Position numbers and translations under genes: made by a program. Shown piece by piece: positions 56,770-64,000 of a DNA stretch of 64,000 nt. Positions within the stretch are counted from its first letter, which is position 1. Each line of letters starts with the position of its first letter. Under the pieces are notes generated by a model that worked only from the letters and a program-made list of their open reading frames with translations, searched no databases and was not told the DNA's origin. The DNA comes from a virus, in the IMG/VR virus record IMGVR_UViG_3300027747_004722, positions 35,016 to 99,015 of that record. One strand, written 5' to 3'.

Positions 56770-57084
56770 TCAGATCGTGCTTCCGCTTTCGTTCGACGCG
56801 GTCGGATGACCAGTCGTCACATTGTCCTCTTCCACGACCGGCATGCCCGCGTCGAAGTTCGGGTTGCCAGCGGGAACGTCGTGAACCACGACATCAAAGG
56901 TAGTGTTGTCGTAGGTCTTGCCGTCCGCCAGCCTGCCGACCATCTTCCTGTTCGATCCGTTCACGACCATGGTGTCGTTGAAGGTCCTCTGGGACGAAAG
57001 GCCTCCGCGGACGGTAGTGTCGAGGTTGCCTTCCGAGACCTGGTTCACCAGGGTGGGGGTCAATTGAACCGTGTATGTAGCCAT
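56770..57084 (-). CDS. Small protein homologous to the C-terminal domain of 51924-55034
   Basis: AAAGGAG RBS; EGNLDT, SQRT, DG, TGH...SGSTI shared. Confidence 0.75.
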   Translation of the reverse strand: MATYTVQLTPTLVNQVSEGNLDTTVRGGLSSQRTFNDTMVVNGSNRKMVGRLADGKTYDNTTFDVVVHDVPAGNPNFDAGMPVVEEDNVTTGHPTASNESGSTI

Positions 57085-57140
57085 TGTTTTTCTCCTTTGA
57101 ATGGGGCTCTATTTGTATATATCTCGGAGGGTCAGCAAAC

Positions 57141-57377
57141 ATGCGGTATACGGAAAAGGAGATCGAGCTGGCTCGCAGGTACAGCACGGGCGACTGCAAC
57201 GAAACCCAACTCAACTACCTAGTTAGCACCGAAAAGATGGACAGGTCCAAAGTTGAGGAATTGATAGAAAAAATGTCCTACGGCGAGCCAATGGCTTCCA
57301 TGGCCAAGACCGTGCTAATCATGATCGTGTTCCACTTCCTGTTCTGCATCGCCTACTCTGTCCTTCAAGCCATGTGA
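57141..57377 (+). CDS. Small membrane protein
   Basis: GGAGG RBS; C-terminal TM helix. Confidence 0.65.
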   Translation: MRYTEKEIELARRYSTGDCNETQLNYLVSTEKMDRSKVEELIEKMSYGEPMASMAKTVLIMIVFHFLFCIAYSVLQAM

Positions 57378-57862
57378 CGCGGCGCGACCTTGGCTATCTC
57401 GCCCTTGATGTCTTCGCCGCTTCTGTCCACGAGAGCCTTTAGCCCGAAATGCATGGGTGAGGGCCAGTCACCGTACCCGACCCAGCGGTAGCCCTGCGTC
57501 TCCCAGTTTAGCCTTGGCTCAAACTCGGACTGCACCACGGCCAGGAAGTTGTGGTACTTGAAGTCGCCCCTGCTGAACACGTGAAGAGGAACCATCTTGA
57601 GCACTTCCGGAGCCCCGGCCTCCTCCGCCACCTCCCTTCTCGCGGCAGAGGACGGGTCCTCCCCAGAGTCGATCGCCCCTCCCCACACTCCCCATGTGCC
57701 CGGCTGTTCGACGCTCGCGGACCTGTGCGGAAGCAGGATTCGGCCCGTGTCCGCCGCCACAATGATCGCCCCCGCCCCCGCACGCCCCCAGAAACCAGTG
57801 TCACGCAGGGCCGCGGCGTGTTCCGCGTCGCTCTCCACCAGCCATTCCAAGAAGGTTTTCAT
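57365..57862 (-). CDS. Nudix hydrolase
   Basis: GG.IDSGED...AARREVAEEAG Nudix box; starts MKTFLEWLVE. Confidence 0.9.
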   Translation of the reverse strand: MKTFLEWLVESDAEHAAALRDTGFWGRAGAGAIIVAADTGRILLPHRSASVEQPGTWGVWGGAIDSGEDPSSAARREVAEEAGAPEVLKMVPLHVFSRGDFKYHNFLAVVQSEFEPRLNWETQGYRWVGYGDWPSPMHFGLKALVDRSGEDIKGEIAKVAPRHMA

Positions 57863-57880
57863 GGCCATATATAGGTCATG
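57860..57880. promoter_or_regulatory. Bidirectional TATATA late-promoter-like element between divergent ATGs
   Basis: CAT-GGCCA-TATATA-GGTC-ATG; same motif recurs about 15 times in the window. Confidence 0.6.
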
Positions 57881-59953
57881 CGGTTCAGGGAATGGCTCCT
57901 CCTCCAGGAGTCCATAATAGTCAACACGGGGCGGGAGGAGGTTCCCCTCGGCAAGTCCAACGAGGCCTCCAAGGTCGTCGAGTTCTCGTACGCCACCGAC
58001 AACCACTACTCCTCGTTCGAGATATGGCCGTTCTCCGAGGACAGGCCGGGATACGTCTTCACGGGCAACGCCACGGTGCTGGGCATAATCAAGAACACGC
58101 CCATATTCGCCGACAACGGAGCCGACAGGGCGTTCATACAGGCCCTGACCTCTGCCCTCAACTCCTCCGGCTACAAGGCCCTCCCATACAAGGAGGGAGA
58201 GAGCGCGTGGATGGGCGTCTTCAAGGGCGCCGGCGCGGACGACGAGAGCCTCCTCGGGTCGATGAAGGGGGAGAAGGATACGGGCAAGGCCACGGCCCCG
58301 AAGATGGGGGAGAAGGCCGCCGCGGACAGGAAGCTGACCTCCGGCATAAGCGTGAGCAGGGCCAGCGGATCGTGGGCCTATTTCATAAGGATCAACGCGG
58401 GCGACGCGGACTCCTACATCAGAACCGTCGAGAGGCTTATGAAGGCCACCATAAAACCCCTCGTCGACAACAACCTCGTGGACTACTACCGCATCGTCAG
58501 GGGCAGGAACTACAAGGGCGAGGAATGGGTGTGGTCGGAGAAGGGCAGGAGGGAAAAGGATGAGGTACGAGGCGCGGCGGACAAGTCGGCGGCGTACATG
58601 AAGTTCCTCGCCGACAGGATGCTCGCGAACCACCCGAAGGCCAAGGAGGCCGTCCTCGGACACTTCCGCCATTCGTGGAACAAGGATGTGAAGCCTTCGA
58701 ACGAAAGGGTTCCGATGGACGAACTGAAGTCGTACGTCCGCGACAGCCACGGGGAGAGCCCCTTCCTCTACTTCTTCCTAGACACCATACAGGGCAACAA
58801 CCAACGCATGTACGAGGTGCTGGAGGACGCCGCGAACACCCCGAACTACAACGACGCGATATCGATCTACAGAGAGATCGACGGCGACGAGTACGAATAC
58901 ATGATCGAAGAGCCCAGGCTCTGGATGACCCAGGCCATAAAAATATTCTCCCTTTCGGACTTCCTCCACAAGAACTCCAGATCGCACTTCGAGAAGTTCA
59001 AGAGCGGATACGAGGATGCCCTGAACCGATGGCTGAAGTCCGGCCCGACGATCAGACCCATGGAACTCAAGCACCTCAAGGAACTGTCCGACTACATCGA
59101 GGTTCACGACAAGGATCGAATAATTGACGCCCACGACAAGCACGAAAAGGCCAACAGGGAATTCAACAGAAGACAGGAAGAGGAATACAGGAAGGCCGAC
59201 GAGCTACTCCTCAAGAAAAAGCAGGTCATCGCCCTCGGCCAATTCAAGTACCTGATGCTCGGCAGGGACTCCTCATGGAGCGACATATCGCACAAGTACA
59301 TCAACAACTACGACGAGGTCGACGTCGGCCTGATGGCCCTCGAGGAGGACCTCGTCGACAGGGAGTCGATCATGCACTCCGCCCACGAGAAGGCCAGCGA
59401 GGACGCCATGGCCGACGCGGAGGAACGCAAGTCAGAGACCTACGGCCACGACAGGGAGGAGGTGGAAGGGGACATCGACTACGAGTGGGACGACTACATG
59501 GACGACAGGGAATTCGACGAGGGCGAGTTCGACGGCCTATCCGAAGACCAGAAGAAGGCCAAGATCAAGGAGGACTACCTGGACGACTTCGTAGGGTGGA
59601 AGAAGGAGCGGCTGCAGAAGGAGGAAGAGGAGGAAGGCTGGAAGTACGATCCCGAGCCGGAAGACTCGGACATCAGGAAGTACGAGGAGGAATTCGCCGA
59701 GGCTCAGGCCTACGAGGGCGGACTTGTATGGATGCGGTGGGTGGACGACGAAAGCCGGGACATAGAGGTCTTCGCTCACCACAAGCACTACGAAAAGGCC
59801 AGGGAGATGGTCAGGAAGAACCTCGCCGACGGCATGGAAATTAACGACAAGCACGGCGAGCCGCTGATCCGCAGAGACCAGAGGGTCGAGTTCGAGCTCG
59901 TGGGCGACGGAGACCACTCCAAGGCTACTTCCATGAGGGCGGGGCAGGTCTAG
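57878..59953 (+). CDS. Large acidic hypothetical protein (MRFREWLL N-terminus)
   Basis: 691-aa ORF. Confidence 0.8.
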   Translation: MRFREWLLLQESIIVNTGREEVPLGKSNEASKVVEFSYATDNHYSSFEIWPFSEDRPGYVFTGNATVLGIIKNTPIFADNGADRAFIQALTSALNSSGYKALPYKEGESAWMGVFKGAGADDESLLGSMKGEKDTGKATAPKMGEKAAADRKLTSGISVSRASGSWAYFIRINAGDADSYIRTVERLMKATIKPLVDNNLVDYYRIVRGRNYKGEEWVWSEKGRREKDEVRGAADKSAAYMKFLADRMLANHPKAKEAVLGHFRHSWNKDVKPSNERVPMDELKSYVRDSHGESPFLYFFLDTIQGNNQRMYEVLEDAANTPNYNDAISIYREIDGDEYEYMIEEPRLWMTQAIKIFSLSDFLHKNSRSHFEKFKSGYEDALNRWLKSGPTIRPMELKHLKELSDYIEVHDKDRIIDAHDKHEKANREFNRRQEEEYRKADELLLKKKQVIALGQFKYLMLGRDSSWSDISHKYINNYDEVDVGLMALEEDLVDRESIMHSAHEKASEDAMADAEERKSETYGHDREEVEGDIDYEWDDYMDDREFDEGEFDGLSEDQKKAKIKEDYLDDFVGWKKERLQKEEEEEGWKYDPEPEDSDIRKYEEEFAEAQAYEGGLVWMRWVDDESRDIEVFAHHKHYEKAREMVRKNLADGMEINDKHGEPLIRRDQRVEFELVGDGDHSKATSMRAGQV

Positions 59954-60999
59954 TGCTGCGTCAGCAGGATCGTCTTCACGTCGCCCCTGAACGCCGCGTC
60001 GTCGCCGTCCCCGGAGTTCACGATGACGTGCCATCTGGGAGAGTTGGCCCTGGGGGTCGACATCATCTCTCCGTAGGTGAGGATGTCCTCGGCGGGCAAC
60101 GAGAACTTCTTGGCTATCCTGTCCTTCAGGGTCTGCTCGTCGGAGATCTTCATAAGGTCTAGGTCCTTGAACATGTCCTTGGGCACGACGACTGACATCT
60201 TGTGGTAGTCCATGTTCACCCGAGCCGCCTGCCTTGGGTTCGACCCGCTCGAGAAGGTGGTCTGGAACTCCGCGTCGTTGGCCACGTCGGCCACCTTGGT
60301 GTAGGCGTAGCTGTCGACTTTGTAGCCCTCTCTCTTCAGCCTCGCCATGACCGTCTCGGCCATGCGCTTGTACCTGGCCGCGAAGAAATCCCCCGAGTCG
60401 TTCCAGCGCAGCAGAACCTTGGGCTTGTATCCCGCTCGAGCCCCGTGCTCCTCGCACTTGGCCTTCAGCTCCTCGTACATCCGCCTCTCGTACTCGTCGG
60501 GGTCGTTCAAGAGCAGGTTCAGCCTCCTGGTCATGCTGTCGTAGGATTCGGAGTACTGTATGTAGCGTCCGTGCCGGGCGTAGCAGATGAGAGCGCAGGA
60601 CCCGGCCCCCGGACAGGTGTTGATCACGAAGAACTTCCCCGAGGACTTGTCGTAAATGATCCCGCGAAGCGCTGGCACCCCCGTCTTGTACACGAACTCG
60701 TGGGGGCCTCCGGTGTTTTCTATCTTCGAGTTCTTGTTGACGACGTTTTTCGGAGGCTCAGAGATCCTCTTGATGAAGTCCTCGATGTCAAGGTCGCCCT
60801 CTGCGAACAGGTCGGACCTCGAGTGTATGTAAGGCATGGACGCAGGGAACTTCTCCCTGTCCTTGGTCTTCTTGCCGTAGTTGGCCCTGACGGCGTTCAG
60901 GTAGGCGACCAGACGGTCGGGGTTGAGGCACTCCTTCTGCACGTCGGAGAACTCGCCCTCCCAGTCCACCTCGTTGTAGAGCCACTCCCTGAATCCCAT
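59950..60999 (-). CDS. Phage gene88/Gp88-family protein
   Basis: TCPGAGSCALICYA, LRWNDSGDF, YAYTK; starts MGFREWLYNE. Confidence 0.75.
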   Translation of the reverse strand: MGFREWLYNEVDWEGEFSDVQKECLNPDRLVAYLNAVRANYGKKTKDREKFPASMPYIHSRSDLFAEGDLDIEDFIKRISEPPKNVVNKNSKIENTGGPHEFVYKTGVPALRGIIYDKSSGKFFVINTCPGAGSCALICYARHGRYIQYSESYDSMTRRLNLLLNDPDEYERRMYEELKAKCEEHGARAGYKPKVLLRWNDSGDFFAARYKRMAETVMARLKREGYKVDSYAYTKVADVANDAEFQTTFSSGSNPRQAARVNMDYHKMSVVVPKDMFKDLDLMKISDEQTLKDRIAKKFSLPAEDILTYGEMMSTPRANSPRWHVIVNSGDGDDAAFRGDVKTILLTQH

Positions 61000-61005
61000 G
61001 TTGCT

Positions 61006-61398
61006 CTACTGCCCTTGGGTGGGCGGCTCCGAGGTCTGCGGGGCGACGCCCTCGTCGCCCATCTCGCCAGCCAGCCAGTTGTAGACTTCCTCGATGTCGT
61101 CCCTGCTGGTCGATATGTGGTCCGAGGCCCAGTCGTGGCCGTCGTCTATCATTGCGTCGACCTTGGACGGGTCCATGGCGAGCATGGCCTCCACCTTCTC
61201 CTTGATCATCTTCAGGTTCGAGAAGAACATATAGTGCTTCGGCCCTTCGTCCTGCTGCTCCGCCCCCGAATTCGGGGTCTGCGGGGCGTCCGCAGGGGCT
61301 TGGTCGCCGGCCTGGTCGCCTAGGCCCTGGTCCTGCTGCTGCGGGGCCTCGTCCTGCTCCGCCTCGATTATCTGAATCATCTCGTAGAAGTTTCTCAT
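61006..61398 (-). CDS. Conserved phage hypothetical protein
   Basis: YMFFSNL, DGHDWASDHI; ATG 4 nt after TAGATA. Confidence 0.7.
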   Translation of the reverse strand: MRNFYEMIQIIEAEQDEAPQQQDQGLGDQAGDQAPADAPQTPNSGAEQQDEGPKHYMFFSNLKMIKEKVEAMLAMDPSKVDAMIDDGHDWASDHISTSRDDIEEVYNWLAGEMGDEGVAPQTSEPPTQGQ

Positions 61399-61490
61399 GC
61401 CCTATCTATGCCCCGCAGGCATAAAAAAGCCCCCGCCTTGTTGGGGTGGGCGTCTCTTGTGTCATTGGCAATTACCTTGCGGAGGCCCGA

Positions 61491-61844
61491 TCAGGAGACC
61501 GGGGGCATGCCCTGCGGAACCGCCTTGTTCACGGTCACCGTGCCGTCCGCGTTGGAGGTGAACGATCCGACGAGCTTCATCGCCTCGGCGGTGCACCCGG
61601 GCTTGACCTCCTCCAGGAACGCCGCGAGCTTGGCGTGGAGGGCGAAAACCTCGGCGGCGTCCGTCCCGAGGGCCGACGACAGGTCGGACGGGCTCGACTG
61701 GGCGTTCTTCCAGAAAAGCCTGGTGTTCTGCTCGAACGCGTTCATCATGGCCTGGTAGGTGACCCTGGCGTTCTGCTTGATCTGTGCTGCGGTCCTGATG
61801 GCCGGTGTTATCTCCGGCACGCTCGGCTTGTCGAGTACGCTCAT
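61491..61844 (-). CDS. Hypothetical protein
   Basis: AAAGGA RBS. Confidence 0.7.
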   Translation of the reverse strand: MSVLDKPSVPEITPAIRTAAQIKQNARVTYQAMMNAFEQNTRLFWKNAQSSPSDLSSALGTDAAEVFALHAKLAAFLEEVKPGCTAEAMKLVGSFTSNADGTVTVNKAVPQGMPPVS

Positions 61845-61932
61845 TTTTATTCCTTTGTTTTGGACGGTAGTTGTGAGTTATATACGTGTTTGAATGAAAA
61901 TTTCATTCCCGACCCTGACCCCGGCTCCCAGT

Positions 61933-64000
61933 TCAAGGAAGCGTCAGCGGGCGTCCCGCCGTCGTGCGCATGAAGTCTATGTCCAGGAACTCTGGCCGCA
62001 CCTTTACTATCCTGTAGAAGTTTCCGGAGTTGAACATGTTCACGGAGAACACCACGTTCTGGTTGGGGTTCAGGTTGCTTCCGTTGTTGTACTCCACCAG
62101 CACCGGCGAGATGTCGTGGTAGGTCGGCACGTGGCTGTACGACCCGTCCGACTCCTTCACCAGCGTGAAGCCCCCCTGGGAACCAGAGTAGCCGGTCTCC
62201 GAGTGGGCGTGGGACCGGAATATCGCCTGTTCGGCGTAGAGGTCGATCTCGTACGCCACCCCGCGGGCGTAGCCGCCGTTCGTGTTGTCGTCGAAGAACG
62301 ACACGATCTGGTTGCCCGGCGTGAGCGGATCGATGTCGGAATGCCAGCGGGCGTCGTGGTTCCCGGAGGGCGGGTCGTATGGGTCGCCCACTATCGTGAG
62401 GAACTTGGTACCGGAGAGCGCCCCGGCCCGCGCGACGCTGGAGAATGTCCCGCCGCCGCAGCAGGGCGACCCCTGGAGTATCCACTTCACCTGCTTCGTC
62501 AGGTAGTCGATGCAGAACCCGCCGCCCGTGTGGCGGCAGCTGATAAGCAGGTCGCCCGTCACGGGGTTCACGTCGATTGAATTAGCGTGAAAATAATCCC
62601 CGTACGCGGCGATATTGAAGTACTCGTCGCTGTGCCAATCCCACACAATGTTTTGTCCGTCGGCAGACAGTTCTTGAATATACAGTTCGTTATTGGGCAT
62701 GTACGTGCCGCTGCAACCGTATGCGTACGTCATCGAGATAAAGTTGCCACGGCGGCCTTCGGGTCCCGCGACCATGTGCGACTCGTGGCACTCCCAAATA
62801 GGATGCGAGTTTGACGAGTCGTTCTGCATCGTGTAGTTCGTGGCAGTCATCTGGTTCAGGCCCAGCTCCACGGCGTACCGGGTGGGATTCGCCCAGGTGT
62901 GGAGCACCAGGTAGTTGGGCACGGTGCAGTGCAGGGAGAACCCGCTGTAGCGGTCGTCGTGGACGTACCACACGGGCGCCAGGTTCTCGTCGAACACGAT
63001 GTAGTACTGGGCCCCGTTGGCCTGGCTCGGGTTGTAGAGGTAGTACCCGGGGCGGTGGCCCGCCGTCTTCGTGACGAGAGTCGGTATGGGCAGGTCGGTC
63101 GGGATGACGCGGACGAAGTACTGCTGGGAGCCGTAGGTCAGGTGGAGGGCCCTGTTCACCAGGATCGAACCCGTCGCCGGCGTGCCGTTTATTGTCACGG
63201 TGTACGAGTCGGTGCCGTTGGCCGCGGAGCGGACGCAGTAGTCTTGTATGTCGGGGTCGAAGGCGGGGAACAGCGTGCCGCCCCCGCTTATCGACACCGA
63301 AAGCGAAGCGATCTGTTCAGCGGACGCGATCTCCACGAACATGTCGGAGGTCAGCGGCGGCTGCGGCGTCAGCTCCGTGGTCGCGACCGTCGCTGTCCAG
63401 TATATTTCCCTTCCGTCCGCTCCCGTGGCGACGAGGCAAAGCCCGTTCGGCTGCGCAGTGGACCCGGCCTCGACGGTCAGGTCGGCCGACGCGGCCCACC
63501 CCGAATCCTTCCAGTCCTCCAGCAGCGGTTCGGCCACGAAACCTATGTCCCCCGAAAGCCCCCTCTTCACGCCGCCCCTGAAGCTCCATGTCGCGGCGAC
63601 CCCGCCGGTTATGTCGTAGGCGCTCGCCGCGACGTCGAAGAACCAGACCGTCCCCGGGGGAACCATCAGGTAGTTGGGGGAGTCGGCCACGCCGTCCAGC
63701 CCCATCGAAGAGGCCGCCGAAGAAATCGTTCGCACTCGCAGCTGGTAGATGCTCGTCTGGGAGTCGCCGGGCGAGTTGAACTTGCCGGAGGATATCGCGA
63801 TCTGACCCTGCAGGGACGCCACCGCGTCCTTGCCGATGGCCACGCTGTTGGCGCCCGAGGCCGTGTTCCCCTCGCCCCCGAGCACCACAGACCCCTGTCC
63901 CTCTGCCGAGTTGCCCGACCCGCCCAGCACGCACGAGTTCGCGCCGGACGCAGTGTTGCCAGATCCGGCGACAACCGCGGAATTCGCGCCCTCGGCATAG
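61933..64000 (-). CDS. Fibre-like protein with YadA-like head repeats, beta-sandwich and arylsulfotransferase-fold domain (5' partial)
   Basis: GG.GN.A.G..SVV repeats; LFPAFDP...DY; YFHANSID, LLISCRH, VKWILQG, HDARW, FDDN. Confidence 0.75.
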   Translation of the reverse strand, partial: YAEGANSAVVAGSGNTASGANSCVLGGSGNSAEGQGSVVLGGEGNTASGANSVAIGKDAVASLQGQIAISSGKFNSPGDSQTSIYQLRVRTISSAASSMGLDGVADSPNYLMVPPGTVWFFDVAASAYDITGGVAATWSFRGGVKRGLSGDIGFVAEPLLEDWKDSGWAASADLTVEAGSTAQPNGLCLVATGADGREIYWTATVATTELTPQPPLTSDMFVEIASAEQIASLSVSISGGGTLFPAFDPDIQDYCVRSAANGTDSYTVTINGTPATGSILVNRALHLTYGSQQYFVRVIPTDLPIPTLVTKTAGHRPGYYLYNPSQANGAQYYIVFDENLAPVWYVHDDRYSGFSLHCTVPNYLVLHTWANPTRYAVELGLNQMTATNYTMQNDSSNSHPIWECHESHMVAGPEGRRGNFISMTYAYGCSGTYMPNNELYIQELSADGQNIVWDWHSDEYFNIAAYGDYFHANSIDVNPVTGDLLISCRHTGGGFCIDYLTKQVKWILQGSPCCGGGTFSSVARAGALSGTKFLTIVGDPYDPPSGNHDARWHSDIDPLTPGNQIVSFFDDNTNGGYARGVAYEIDLYAEQAIFRSHAHSETGYSGSQGGFTLVKESDGSYSHVPTYHDISPVLVEYNNGSNLNPNQNVVFSVNMFNSGNFYRIVKVRPEFLDIDFMRTTAGRPLTLP

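Noticed and set aside
57863-58750. N-terminal extensions in the ORF track (Nudix to 58750, also 25211, 27202, 50282, 55154)
   Set aside because: They overlap real genes; starts were reset to ATGs supported by RBS, TANATA or the N-terminal motif
1-64000. Stop-codon reassignment as in some jumbo phages
   Set aside because: Conserved genes are full length in the standard code, and TAA, TAG and TGA all end genes at expected positions

Overview
A gene-dense, GC-rich 64 kb segment of a large T4-like (jumbo) myophage read in the standard genetic code. It carries: (1) nucleotide metabolism genes (nrdB, a Hef-like homing endonuclease, nrdA with a mini-intein, dUTPase); (2) a gp55-like late sigma factor; (3) a tail and neck module (two gp19 tubes, gp18 sheath, gp13-, gp14-, gp15- and gp26/gp51-like genes); (4) many accessory genes (SET domain, two GT2 glycosyltransferases, RmlA, SemiSWEET/PQ-loop, McsA, S8 protease, phiEco32-type COOH-NH2 ligase, QueC-like, Nudix, two ADP-ribosyltransferase-like genes, degenerate Dam, beta-propeller and arylsulfotransferase-fold fibre proteins). 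The most striking locus is a dual-coded C5-cytosine methyltransferase (32556-35108). Its +1 frame (32572-34998) has its own RBS, supplies the motif IX-like segment and six WPTP repeats, and stays open straight through a 317-aa LAGLIDADG intein. Other unusual signals: about 20 proteins starting with a T4 capsid-targeting-like peptide; a TANATA promoter 4-6 nt before ATG (leaderless, sometimes bidirectional); a likely -1 frameshift joining the gp26-like and gp51-like ORFs; a truncated tRNA-Ser-like RNA with an anticodon insertion; two structured ncRNA candidates. All family calls come from motif recognition by eye; no database searches were run.
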